This document shows positions 25,019 through 33,489 of a stretch of DNA of 58,406 bases, in pieces; position 1 is the first letter of the stretch, and the number at the start of each line of letters is the position of its first letter. The translations under genes were made by a program, and so were the position numbers. The notes under the pieces were generated by a model. It had not been told where the DNA came from. It worked only from the letters and a program-made list of their open reading frames with translations, and did no database searches. The DNA is from a virus: IMG/VR virus record IMGVR_UViG_3300042196_000102, positions 1 through 58,406 of that record, one strand, 5' to 3'.

Positions 25019-26035
25019 CTAGAAGGCGGCACCGAAGGCGCGGCCAATGCCGCTGGCGTTCACTCGGGGCGCAGGGGGCATGGGCATACCCGCCATGATG
25101 GGGTTCTGTGGAACCGGGAATGAGGCATCCGCAAAGGCCCCCAACCCGCTGATCCCCAAAGCCCCCGCCACAGAAGGCAGGAATGCGTTGAGGGCGGTCG
25201 AGCCGGTCTGCATCAGGCCACCGAACAGCACTGCGTCTCCGAAATCCTTGTTGACCTTGCCCGCCACCCAGCCAGCGATGAACGCGGATACGCCGGTGGT
25301 GACCGTGCGCATCAGGTTCGAGCTGACCAGTTGGGACGGGAGCAAGGTGGGGATGAACTTGGCTGCGGCAACTCCGACCAAGCCCCCACCGATTGCGGAC
25401 AGGGTTTTGGTTGCGGAGACACCGACACCAAATGAGAGTTGCGGGTTGCGCCGGCGACGACGCCCGTACTGGACGTTGCGACGACGGGAAGTCCTGCGCC
25501 GATTGCGGCGACGTGGAGCCGTGACCACCACCCGAGTGGCGTTTCTCCGGCTCCGACGACGATGGCGCGGATTTGCTACTGCACGCTTTCTGCGTCTGTG
25601 TCGAGCCACGATTTTCTTTCTCCTTTTTGTTGGGTTCACGGCTCCCAGGGTTACGATCAGAGCCGGGTTGGTGCGCTTCCTTCTCTTCGGATTCTTCCGG
25701 GAGCGACGTTTGCGCGTTGCTTCGCCTGCACGCTTTTTGTTGTAGTCGTAAGATGCACGGATGGGATGGAAAATCCCCTCCTCATCGTAGAATCCTGCGG
25801 CCACATTCCTGCGGCGCCGGCTGCGGTGCCCCTTGGCAGCTATCTTGCGTTTGCGGCTGCCATACCGGGCGCTGTTTCGGCGTTTCAGCGCGGCTTTCTG
25901 CGCCTTGGTGCCAAAATGCTTGATCTGCTTGGCGGTCATGTTCCGGCGGCGGTGAGCGTTCCGTTTCCGGGCACGCTTCCTGGCCCGCTTCCGGGGGTTT
26001 GAGACCAGCCTGCGGGTTCGTATTACTGTTGCCAA
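25019..26035 (-). CDS. Arg/Lys-rich DNA-condensing-type protein with a Gly/Ala-rich hydrophobic C-terminal domain
   Basis: 338 aa from TTG 26035, 4 nt after an AAAGGAGGGG SD. The N-terminal ~200 aa is dominated by runs such as RKRARKRARKR, RSRRRRN and RRRRRNP. The C-terminal ~130 aa is Gly/Ala/Leu-rich and membrane-like. Confidence 0.7.
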   Translation of the reverse strand: MATVIRTRRLVSNPRKRARKRARKRNAHRRRNMTAKQIKHFGTKAQKAALKRRNSARYGSRKRKIAAKGHRSRRRRNVAAGFYDEEGIFHPIRASYDYNKKRAGEATRKRRSRKNPKRRKRTNPALIVTLGAVNPTKRRKKIVARHRRRKRAVANPRHRRRSRRNATRVVVTAPRRRNRRRTSRRRNVQYGRRRRRNPQLSFGVGVSATKTLSAIGGGLVGVAAAKFIPTLLPSQLVSSNLMRTVTTGVSAFIAGWVAGKVNKDFGDAVLFGGLMQTGSTALNAFLPSVAGALGISGLGAFADASFPVPQNPIMAGMPMPPAPRVNASGIGRAFGAAF

Positions 26036-26249
26036 TTTGCCCCTCCTTTCAGGGGATTCTCCCCCGGCCTTTTTGGGGTCCAGGGTCAGCCAAGAAAGCG
26101 AAAGGGCCGCCGGAAGACCCTTTGAACCCACGCCCGTGAGTTTACTTGGGTCTTTCCAGCGGCCCTTTGGCCAAAGCCGCTTTCCTGGTTGTGCTGCTAA
26201 TCCCCTTATCCTACCCCGTCGAGTAGGGCGGGGGAACCTTCAAAACTCG

Positions 26250-26513
26250 TTACACCTCTGCCTCCCCCGTCTTCCCTTTGGCCTTCCCCTTCCGCGTGGA
26301 GACAAGCTCCTCCACGATCTGCTCTTGGCGCTCGGTGAGGGGCTGGTCCGCTACGGGAGGGGCAAGGTCCGGGTGGGCCTCGTACAATTCCCCCAGGGTT
26401 GGGTACACCGGAGACCAGCAGTGGCACTGGACCGCCGACTCGTTGAGCCGGAAGCCGACTCGGTAGCCGCCGGCGGGGCCGGGGAGAGGTTGGATGGACT
26501 TTATCATAGCCAT
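26250..26513 (-). CDS. Hypothetical protein (87 aa)
   Basis: It contains LTERQEQIVEELV, near-identical to the LuxR-type regulator's N terminus, but lacks the HTH. Confidence 0.5.
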   Translation of the reverse strand: MAMIKSIQPLPGPAGGYRVGFRLNESAVQCHCWSPVYPTLGELYEAHPDLAPPVADQPLTERQEQIVEELVSTRKGKAKGKTGEAEV

Positions 26514-26584
26514 GAGTGCGTTGCCTCCTGTAGTATAATTGCTGATGGGGATAGGCTGGAGTCGCCCTCCAAGCTGAATGCCCG

Positions 26585-27322
26585 ATGGCTCCGAACATTG
26601 GCTTCCCCCCTAGTAAATTCGGGTGTCACACGGAGGTGATGATGTACACGAAAACCTGCCTCTGGTGTTCTACGGCTTTCACAACAGTCAGAAAGAAGAG
26701 GATCTACTGCTCCAAACGATGCAGCTTGGTCCACAGAAACACGAAACCAAGGGATGTGGTCTATGTAACAAAACCTTGTGCCTACTGTGGCAAGTTGTTT
26801 GAGAGCCGGAGATGCCTGCATAAAATTACCTGCTCGTTGAGTTGTCGCACATCCTACAATAACACGGTTCCGGTGGAAACTAGATTGCTGTCGAGAATAC
26901 AAATTGACCAGTCCACCGGCTGCTGGAACTGGCAGGGCCACTTGAGTGTACTTGGGTACGGCAAGATTTCGCGTGATGGTAGACTCCAGACCGTGCATAG
27001 AGTTTCCTACGAGATAAAGTACGGAAAGATCCCATCCGGCCTTGAACCAAACCACAAGTGCAGGAACAGGGCATGTGTCAACCCCGATCACATTGAAGCT
27101 GTCACGCATCAACTCAACATCTGGTATGCTAGGGGAATCACAAGCACGCACTGGGGTTGCGGCCATGAAAAGACGAGTCCAAACTCCAGGACGACTAGCA
27201 GTGGCTCTATCGTATGTGGGATTTGCGCCAGAACAAAAGAGAGAGAGAGATACCGCAAGGACCCCGAGAAGTACAAGGCCCGAGTGGCGGCAGTATACTA
27301 CAGAAAAAAGGCTAGTCGATAA
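26585..27322 (+). CDS. HNH homing endonuclease (HNH_3-like) with N-terminal Zn fingers
   Basis: 245 aa on the opposite strand, at lower GC. The pattern is CWNWQGHLSVLGYGKISRDGRLQTVHRVSYE...HKCRNRACVNPDHIEAVTHQLN, plus CLWC...CSKRC and CAYC...CSLSC. Confidence 0.85.
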   Translation: MAPNIGFPPSKFGCHTEVMMYTKTCLWCSTAFTTVRKKRIYCSKRCSLVHRNTKPRDVVYVTKPCAYCGKLFESRRCLHKITCSLSCRTSYNNTVPVETRLLSRIQIDQSTGCWNWQGHLSVLGYGKISRDGRLQTVHRVSYEIKYGKIPSGLEPNHKCRNRACVNPDHIEAVTHQLNIWYARGITSTHWGCGHEKTSPNSRTTSSGSIVCGICARTKERERYRKDPEKYKARVAAVYYRKKASR

Positions 27323-28808
27323 GGCCTGGTGATTCTGCACGATATACCCCTCCTGTGATGCTGAGCAGCTTGCTTCTCGGGCTATAAAGTAACAACGGTT
27401 GATAACCAGATTCTTCCCCAAGCTTGTGCACGTAGTCACTCAACTCAAAGTTGTCAAACTTCTTTCGGGCTTGGTACACAAGCGATGTTAACACGCCCAA
27501 CACCATTGAGTCCTTGATGAACTTGGGACTATCCATCTTAAGATCCCGCAGACTTACCTCCTGATCGCCTCCCTCCACATAGAGTTGCCGCCCGTCCTCG
27601 GAGGCGGCCAAGTACGGGGCGTCCTTGTTGAACCGGATCGTGGCGTCCAGGCCGGAGAGGGTGGCCACCTTCAGCTCCACGAGGGTCCCGAGGGTGGCTA
27701 GGTACTCGTGCTCATGGACCTCGGTTTCCACGGTGGTGACGTGCTCGGCTGGGGCGCCGGTGAAGCCTTCGACAAGGGTGGCAGCAGAGGACTCGGGGTT
27801 GCGCTTCACACTCGCCGCGCCTCTACGAAATGCCTTTTCCCAGTCCGAAAGCCCATAACCACTGGGTGTGGGTCGAGTCCGACCCCAGCCAGCAGTAAGG
27901 TCTGCAGTCTCTCTGTCGTACCATTCAGCATACGCAACATTGATTGGACCAACACCACCACTTAGACGCCAACGCTTGCCAGCCTCGAAGGGTATGTCAA
28001 TGTTGCTGTCGTCGGGGTTGGTCCTCTTCCGCGCTTCCCTTTCCCGCGTCTCGGCGGGATTCCACCTCACCACCTTCGCGGGTGGCACATCCTCCAAGTA
28101 CTGATCCCCGCTGGTGCCGGGCCGGATGTCCACCATGGTCATCCTAACCGTGCCCACCGGAGTTACTTGGGACCCCATGCTGCTCACACTCACCCGGTAT
28201 CCCAACTTACGGAGGGTGGAGGCACGGGCCTTGATGTCCGGGTCTCCTGTTTCGTAGGACTCCTGAATCCAGTCCCGGCCACGGGTTTGGAGGGCAGCGG
28301 GATTCTCTACAGGATTGCCAGTTGGTTTGTAGAGAATATCCCGGTGACCGTAACCAGCAGGACCCAGACTGCGGATTCTGAGTTGTGGATGCCCCTTCTC
28401 AGCCAACTCAAAAAGCCTATTCCAGTCGGAAGCCCATAGGATCACGTTGTCGGGTGTAACATGGATCTCAATACCATCCACTTCGCGGACGTACTGTGGA
28501 CGTGGATTCCTTCTCCCCGGCACCACCGTAGCGTACTCCTTGTACCGTGGGGACTTCTGCCTGAACCTCCAGTAAGTCGCCCCCTTGTCCACCTTCCCAC
28601 TCACAAACCCGTGGTCCCGGAGCCACTTCTGGGCCTCCCCGATACCCCACTTCACCTTGTCAAAGATCACTGACTGGACTTCGGACACCCGCCTGCCCGC
28701 CTTGCGTGCGATCCCCAGCACAAACTTGATGCCCTCGTCCGGGTTGGCAAGCTGGGACACCCAGACCTCAGTGTCAACATGGTGGCATAGGCTTGACCTA
28801 CGCGGCAT
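27312..28808 (-). CDS. Large hypothetical virion-block protein (498 aa)
   Basis: ATG 28808 gives MPRRSSLCHHV. It looks modular, with segments separated by basic-x-N-P linkers (RRNPRP, RWNPAE, RTNPDD, KRNPES). No ATPase or portal motifs seen. Confidence 0.7.
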   Translation of the reverse strand: MPRRSSLCHHVDTEVWVSQLANPDEGIKFVLGIARKAGRRVSEVQSVIFDKVKWGIGEAQKWLRDHGFVSGKVDKGATYWRFRQKSPRYKEYATVVPGRRNPRPQYVREVDGIEIHVTPDNVILWASDWNRLFELAEKGHPQLRIRSLGPAGYGHRDILYKPTGNPVENPAALQTRGRDWIQESYETGDPDIKARASTLRKLGYRVSVSSMGSQVTPVGTVRMTMVDIRPGTSGDQYLEDVPPAKVVRWNPAETREREARKRTNPDDSNIDIPFEAGKRWRLSGGVGPINVAYAEWYDRETADLTAGWGRTRPTPSGYGLSDWEKAFRRGAASVKRNPESSAATLVEGFTGAPAEHVTTVETEVHEHEYLATLGTLVELKVATLSGLDATIRFNKDAPYLAASEDGRQLYVEGGDQEVSLRDLKMDSPKFIKDSMVLGVLTSLVYQARKKFDNFELSDYVHKLGEESGYQPLLLYSPRSKLLSITGGVYRAESPGLID

Positions 28809-29442
28809 TGTGAAGCCTCCCGGCAACCAGTGACTTGTCAAACAGCCTCTTACTTGCGTTAGTGTAGAAGTCGTACCTACCCGTCCCACTACGGTCCTCG
28901 GCATATTTGAATGTGGCCGCGTATCCGCTCTCCCGTAACATACGTTCAACATACTCTGCTACTACCTGGTCCATGTCGGTGGTGGCAGGCAACCTGAACT
29001 TGTGACTATAGTTCACACCCCTAAACTCCGGGTTCGCCTTCCCCTTCCCCCACTCCCCAATGAACCTCTTGGCCTCCACCGGCGTGTCAAACCGGCTCTC
29101 CGGGTCAATCGAGGGCACCATCCACCCCCCAGCAGAGGGTAGGATGTCGTGCCCTTTGTGGCGGGTGGGCCGACCACGCGGGACCCCGGCGGCAGAGGAG
29201 GAGGCGGGGGGCCGGGTGACTCCGTGGCCACCCAGCATACCGAACAGGGACTCGGAGCGGGCACGAGCGAGGCCAAACGGGTTACCCTTGCCTCTCCTTT
29301 TGCGCCTTCGCCCCAACACCCCCGCAGCCAGCGCCAACTCCTCCTCCAGCAATCCAGGGCCGGGGGTGAGCAGCAGGGCGGCAAGGTCGGACTGGTTGGC
29401 CTTGAATTGCACCCTGACACGTCTTGTGGCTGTCCTGCTCAT
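28798..29442 (-). CDS. Hypothetical basic protein (214 aa)
   Basis: ATG 29442 overlaps the upstream TGA (ATGA). It contains RRRKRRGKGNPFG and KGKANPEF. Confidence 0.6.
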   Translation of the reverse strand: MSRTATRRVRVQFKANQSDLAALLLTPGPGLLEEELALAAGVLGRRRKRRGKGNPFGLARARSESLFGMLGGHGVTRPPASSSAAGVPRGRPTRHKGHDILPSAGGWMVPSIDPESRFDTPVEAKRFIGEWGKGKANPEFRGVNYSHKFRLPATTDMDQVVAEYVERMLRESGYAATFKYAEDRSGTGRYDFYTNASKRLFDKSLVAGRLHNAA

Positions 29443-29711
29443 TTCCGCATCCCAAACACCACCAAGGCCCCCACCCCCAACCCAGCCACGATCAGCCAGG
29501 TCGCCGGGGCTTGGCAGTACCCGCCCGCCTTCAAGTCCTCGTACCACTCGCACGGACTCCCCCCAACAATCGCTGGAGCCGACTCCCGTATCACAATCGT
29601 CCGGGGTTCGGTCCACATCGGGGGCCACATTGGGGGTGGGGGTGGCGGTGGCGGAGGGGGAGGAGGGGGCGGGTCCTCCCCAATCCCACGCAACCTTGAT
29701 CCGATCATCAT
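29439..29711 (-). CDS. Tail-anchored membrane protein with a Pro14 run (CxWYED family)
   Basis: 90 aa. It has 14 consecutive Pro, then SPCEWYEDLKAGGYC, then the TM helix WLIVAGLGVGALVVFG followed by MRK. Confidence 0.65.
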   Translation of the reverse strand: MMIGSRLRGIGEDPPPPPPPPPPPPPPMWPPMWTEPRTIVIRESAPAIVGGSPCEWYEDLKAGGYCQAPATWLIVAGLGVGALVVFGMRK

Positions 29712-29712
29712 G

Positions 29713-30000
29713 TCAGTCGTCCCACCTGACCGTCACCCCGGTCATCGGCCTCAACCTCAACCATGTGTCCAACTGGTCCTCTCTCTTCGCACACCCGCCA
29801 CACTGCTTGATCCCCAGCCAATCGGTCAGGCTATGGACGAGTTGGCCCGCCCCCACCTCCCGCCCGAGGAGAGGAACGGGAATGGACACTCGCGCCGGGG
29901 TCGTCTGGGTCCCTGGCACGGGAGGGTAGGGGCCGGTGCCAACTCCTGCTGGAGCTGCGGGTTGTTGCGGGTGTGAGAGGCCGTGGAAATCAATACGCAT
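29713..30000 (-). CDS. Hypothetical protein (95 aa)
   Basis: The ORF fits between its neighbours. It has a CGGC motif. No TM helix seen. Confidence 0.5.
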   Translation of the reverse strand: MRIDFHGLSHPQQPAAPAGVGTGPYPPVPGTQTTPARVSIPVPLLGREVGAGQLVHSLTDWLGIKQCGGCAKREDQLDTWLRLRPMTGVTVRWDD

Positions 30001-30024
30001 AAAGTCCTACACTTTGCCTTGGTG

Positions 30025-30411
30025 TTACCTCTTGTACCTCCCGCCGCTGTACAAGATCCAGACCCCGGCCACGACAGCGCCAGCCACGAGGATGGAGGAC
30101 ACATTGCCAACCTTCAGGCCCTCCCACCAGTCTGTAACCGACTGGCCGATGTCGAGTGCCCCCATCCCAACCTGACAGCGGGGGCCACAGCCGCACCCGC
30201 ACCCCCCACCCAGCCCGTTGCAGCCATCAAGGGCATTCAGGAGCGGGTTCTCCGGGATGGGGAAGAAAGCTGGCATCAGTTCCCCCAATTTGGGCTTGTA
30301 CTTCACAAGGGCCACCTCCCCTCCCTCTTCGATGGGGTTTTGGGGGACGGTCCAGGTTCCGGGCATCATTTCGGCCAGCCCGAGGGCTGGGTGATACGGT
30401 AAGTGCGGCAT
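30025..30411 (-). CDS. Tail-anchored membrane protein (128 aa) with a GGGCGCGCG Cys/Gly cluster
   Basis: The C-terminal TM helix ILVAGAVVAGVWILY is followed by SGGRYKR. Confidence 0.6.
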   Translation of the reverse strand: MPHLPYHPALGLAEMMPGTWTVPQNPIEEGGEVALVKYKPKLGELMPAFFPIPENPLLNALDGCNGLGGGCGCGCGPRCQVGMGALDIGQSVTDWWEGLKVGNVSSILVAGAVVAGVWILYSGGRYKR

Positions 30412-30420
30412 AAGTCCTCC

Positions 30421-30669
30421 TTACTTTCTCCTTCCCACCACTGCAAACAGTACAATCCCGCCCGCGATGGCCAGCAGGAAGTTGACCCCCGGAAAAGTAC
30501 AGGTCCGGTCGTTCTGCTCATCCTCGTACCACGCACACGGGCGGGGGCCGGCCACGGTGGTCCTGAACACCGGTGGCTCCGCGACGGGCGGCGGGGGCAG
30601 TACCGGAGTAGGCAGCAGGATGTCCCGCAAGTACGAAGGCGGCTCCGGGATTTGGCCAATGTGCATCAA
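30421..30669 (-). CDS. Tail-anchored membrane protein (CxWYED family)
   Basis: 82 aa. It has a Pro-rich N half, RPCAWYEDEQNDRTC, then the TM helix FLLAIAGGIVLFAVVG followed by RRK. It is a paralog of 29439-29711. Confidence 0.65.
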   Translation of the reverse strand: MMHIGQIPEPPSYLRDILLPTPVLPPPPVAEPPVFRTTVAGPRPCAWYEDEQNDRTCTFPGVNFLLAIAGGIVLFAVVGRRK

Positions 30670-31070
30670 CGCCTGCCTCCCATGACCGATGGCAGTACAA
30701 ACACGATTGCAGCAATACCCCCGACAAAGAGCATGAACGAGGGCCGCGAGGGGTCAAACTTGCACTGGAGCGTGTTCAGGTCCAAGGACGTAAACCCGCC
30801 GCACTGGGGGGTGTTGGTGGGGACACCCGCAGGGGCTATTCCCGGTCCTGGCAACAAGGGGTTCTTCTGGGCCTCTGTGGGGGGGTTGCACGTTGGGTCC
30901 CCGGTCGCACAGGCGTAGATGTTACCGGCAATCGTCTTGGGGTTCCACTTGCAGCCCGACTCGGTGAGGCTGTCCAGCCAGTAGGGGAGCCACGAGGGGC
31001 GGTTTGGGTCGTAGCAGTAGTAGCCGGGGTACTCACCCATACCCATACCGACTCGGGCGGGCATCATCAC
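30666..31070 (-). CDS. Cys-rich tail-anchored membrane protein (134 aa)
   Basis: Several Cys lie in the ectodomain. The C-terminal TM helix FMLFVGGIAAIVFVLPSV is followed by MGGRR. Confidence 0.6.
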   Translation of the reverse strand: MMMPARVGMGMGEYPGYYCYDPNRPSWLPYWLDSLTESGCKWNPKTIAGNIYACATGDPTCNPPTEAQKNPLLPGPGIAPAGVPTNTPQCGGFTSLDLNTLQCKFDPSRPSFMLFVGGIAAIVFVLPSVMGGRR

Positions 31071-31354
31071 CTGCCACCTCCAGCCCGTGCTTGGCCCGCC
31101 GCTTGCCCCTGTCCCTGTTGCGCCTGCTGCACTTGTTTCTCCCTTGCCGCCGCCAGCGCCGTCCTCATTGCATTTTGCAACTGTTGGGGGCTGAGCCGCA
31201 AAGGGCCAAGGTACCGCCGGATAGAGGAGTGGATCTGCCGCTTGAAGTGCTGGTACACGAGGGCCTCGGGGATACCGGCTTTGGTGTCCACAAGGCGGTC
31301 CAAGACCCGGATGGCCAATAGATCCACGCGTCCGGTTGGGTCGGTCTTAGCCAT
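31067..31354 (-). CDS. Hypothetical protein (95 aa), Gln/Ala-rich C terminus
   Basis: ATGA-type overlap with the next gene. No TM helix. Confidence 0.5.
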   Translation of the reverse strand: MAKTDPTGRVDLLAIRVLDRLVDTKAGIPEALVYQHFKRQIHSSIRRYLGPLRLSPQQLQNAMRTALAAAREKQVQQAQQGQGQAAGQARAGGGR

Positions 31355-31360
31355 TCTGGT

Positions 31361-31537
31361 TCAGTCCGCCCCCTCCCGCCTCTCCCGTGATTCCCGTTCC
31401 TCAATCAGCGTGGCCACCAACTCCTCCAGCCAATTGCCGACCGTCTCAGCATCTACCCCGGCACGGAAACCTAGTTGGTTTTTGATCCGCTGGTGCAGAC
31501 GCTTCAAGACATCGATTTCCACTTGAAGACTGGGCAT
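31361..31537 (-). CDS. Hypothetical small protein (58 aa, below the track cutoff)
   Basis: My own translation reads MPSLQVEIDVLKRLHQRIKNQLGFRAGVDAETVGNWLEELVATLIEERESRERREGAD. Its ATG shares one base with the upstream TGA. Confidence 0.4.
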   Translation of the reverse strand: MPSLQVEIDVLKRLHQRIKNQLGFRAGVDAETVGNWLEELVATLIEERESRERREGAD

Positions 31538-31683
31538 CAGTTCAGTCCCTTGGCAAACAGGATGGCCACCCCGATGGCCACCACCAGCAGCAAAAGGTAC
31601 TCGTTGGGTAGTCCGGGTACAATCCCGGCTTGCTGCGGGACTGTCTGTGTACTCGGTGTCTGACCCAACGTTACCATCGCCAT
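31537..31683 (-). CDS. Small tail-anchored membrane protein (48 aa, below the track cutoff)
   Basis: My own translation reads MAMVTLGQTPSTQTVPQQAGIVPGLPNEYLLLLVVAIGVAILFAKGLN. Confidence 0.4.
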   Translation of the reverse strand: MAMVTLGQTPSTQTVPQQAGIVPGLPNEYLLLLVVAIGVAILFAKGLN

Positions 31684-31693
31684 TCCCGATCCC

Positions 31694-31819
31694 TTACTTC
31701 AGGGCCACCCACAACCCCGCTGCGGCTAGGGCGATCCAAAACCAAGTAGCTGAGGGGCAGCCCCCTTGGTCTACGTACTGGTAGCACCCAAGAGGGAGTT
31801 GCCAACTGTTGCATTGCAT
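31694..31819 (-). CDS. Small tail-anchored membrane protein (41 aa, CxWYED-related)
   Basis: My own translation reads MQCNSWQLPLGCYQYVDQGGCPSATWFWIALAAAGLWVALK. An AAGGAGAAA SD lies 6 nt before the ATG. Confidence 0.45.
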   Translation of the reverse strand: MQCNSWQLPLGCYQYVDQGGCPSATWFWIALAAAGLWVALK

Positions 31820-31854
31820 ACCCGTTTCTCCTTTTCCCTTTCAGCCTTCACCCT

Positions 31855-32319
31855 TCAATTGGCCCACGCATTCACCACGGGCCAACTTGCCAATCCCCGG
31901 ACGCCACCACTCAACGCCCACTGGCGCATGGCCAAGTAATCCTGGAGCGGGAAGGTCTTGCCCGCATCCCTCGTGCGCATCTCCTGGGTGTACCAGCCCT
32001 GCGCCTCTCCGCTCACCTGCGCGAAGAAGTAATTCCACTGGTCAACCGTCATCTTACCATCCCAACTTGGCCCCATCGCTGCCTTGACGACGTTCACCAA
32101 CTCATCCACGCTCGGGGGCTTGGGTGGCGTAGTGGGGGCTGGCTTGGCCAGCGCAGGTTGGGTGGTGACAACCGGTGGCTCGATGGCAGGCTGCGTCCCT
32201 GGGGGTAGGGCAGGCTGGGCCACCCCGCCCCCGAGGTAGCCTTGCTCCTGCGCCCACTTGTACACCAAGTAAGCTGCCACGGCAATAAGCACGTACTTCA
32301 GGATGTCCTCGCCCTTCAT
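31855..32319 (-). CDS. N-terminally anchored membrane protein (154 aa)
   Basis: ATG 32319 overlaps the upstream TGA (ATGA). The TM helix is ILKYVLIAVAAYLVY, followed by a Pro-rich linker. Confidence 0.55.
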   Translation of the reverse strand: MKGEDILKYVLIAVAAYLVYKWAQEQGYLGGGVAQPALPPGTQPAIEPPVVTTQPALAKPAPTTPPKPPSVDELVNVVKAAMGPSWDGKMTVDQWNYFFAQVSGEAQGWYTQEMRTRDAGKTFPLQDYLAMRQWALSGGVRGLASWPVVNAWAN

Positions 32320-32846
32320 GCTGCTGCCCTCCTTGGCTTCCGTCTCCCTCTTGCCGTCCGGCGCCCAGCACCACCAAGCAGGATTGCCCCGGCCAACAGT
32401 GCCCCGCCTGCCAGCAAGGGGTGGTCGGCTACCCACCGGTTGATGGAGCACACAAACCCAAGCCCTTGCCCGGTGTCCGGTGCCATCACCCCATACGGCT
32501 GCGGGTACACGGCAGTCTTCATCTTGACCGTGGGCAGGGCCGGGACGAGGTAGAGGGCTGACTGGTCGGCAGGAGTAAGGGACTCGGCCCACAGGCACAA
32601 GTCGGTGTCGATAACCCCCAGCCCCCCTAGGCCAGCCATGTGCTGGGCCTTGGCCCTTTCCGCTGCCTTCTCGGGCAGCTCGACCAAGTGCTCCTCCCCC
32701 TCCCCTCCCTCTTGCTCCCGCTTCCTGAGTCCAAAGAACCTCATAGCGACCGCTGTGGCGCTGGCCTGCTCCGGTAGCCCGGGTAGTTGGGCCTTGGACT
32801 CAGGGATCGGGAGTATGTCTTCACCAGTGTTGACCCATCTGGGCAT
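32316..32846 (-). CDS. Tail-anchored membrane protein (176 aa)
   Basis: ATG 32846 follows an AAGGAGG SD. The C-terminal helix LLAGGALLAGAILLGGAG is followed by a basic tail. Confidence 0.55.
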   Translation of the reverse strand: MPRWVNTGEDILPIPESKAQLPGLPEQASATAVAMRFFGLRKREQEGGEGEEHLVELPEKAAERAKAQHMAGLGGLGVIDTDLCLWAESLTPADQSALYLVPALPTVKMKTAVYPQPYGVMAPDTGQGLGFVCSINRWVADHPLLAGGALLAGAILLGGAGRRTARGRRKPRRAAA

Positions 32847-32850
32847 AGGC

Positions 32851-33489
32851 TTACTTGCCTCCTTTGAACAGTAAATAGGCCCCCACCCCGGCACCTGCCA
32901 GCCAAGCCCACGTGGGGATCGTGGAGAACAGGGAGGGTTCCGTGCCAGCACCAGCACCGTTGGTCACGACCCCGGCCTCCTGCGCCACCTGTTGCTGGAT
33001 TACCGCTGCCGTGGTGGGAGGGGTGGCCATAGGCACTACCGAGTCCCCCGCCGCCGGAAGCCTGGTTATGGTTTCGGTGGCCAGGGGCAGGTTGGTCCCG
33101 GCCTGGATCTCGGGAGGGGCCGAGAATAGAGCCTGGTTATAAGCGGAGATCCGCTGCTTGAGGGCGGACAACTGACTCTCGGATAACCGGGGGAACTGTT
33201 GCTCTACCAGCACCCGTGTCTCGTTGGTGGACAGAAAGGACCAGATGAGGTGTAGACGGTCGTAGCGGTAGGCGTAAGGGGCGTACTTCCAGGATTTGGG
33301 GCGCTCGTAAGACACCCCCCCACCGCCCGCCCCCGCCACGGCTGGGGAGGAGGCGGAGTAAGAAGCCATCTGGCCGGTGAGAATATCGGGGACGGTGTAA
33401 GTGCCCTGCCCCAAGCCTTCCATGGTCAGAGGGGCGAACCAACCGGGGGAGGTGAACTGCTGGTAGGAGATCCAAGCCGGTAGTCTCAC
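32851..33489 (-). CDS. Tail-anchored membrane protein (212 aa)
   Basis: The GTG start overlaps the upstream TGA (GTGA). The C-terminal helix WAWLAGAGVGAYLLF is followed by KGGK. Confidence 0.6.
   Translation of the reverse strand: MRLPAWISYQQFTSPGWFAPLTMEGLGQGTYTVPDILTGQMASYSASSPAVAGAGGGGVSYERPKSWKYAPYAYRYDRLHLIWSFLSTNETRVLVEQQFPRLSESQLSALKQRISAYNQALFSAPPEIQAGTNLPLATETITRLPAAGDSVVPMATPPTTAAVIQQQVAQEAGVVTNGAGAGTEPSLFSTIPTWAWLAGAGVGAYLLFKGGK

Noticed and set aside
23926-25098. Long plus-strand track ORFs, for example 23926-25098 (390 aa), 12730-13677 (315 aa), 29060-29929 (289 aa), 45078-45944 (288 aa) and 11313-12098 (261 aa)
   Set aside because: All lie antisense to minus-strand genes that have motifs, SD sequences and coupling. 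Their products are Arg/Pro/Gly-rich and of low complexity, as expected for open antisense frames in GC-rich DNA.
26504-27439. 311-aa minus-strand ORF overlapping the HNH endonuclease gene
   Set aside because: It is antisense to a plus-strand ORF that has clear HNH and Zn-finger motifs. It has no motifs of its own and crosses the ends of two well-supported minus-strand genes, so I treat it as a shadow ORF.
29631-29675. G-rich plus-strand tract as a second G-quadruplex regulatory element
   Set aside because: It lies inside a coding region and directly encodes the Pro14 run of the 90-aa membrane protein (CCN codons on the minus strand). The composition is explained by coding.
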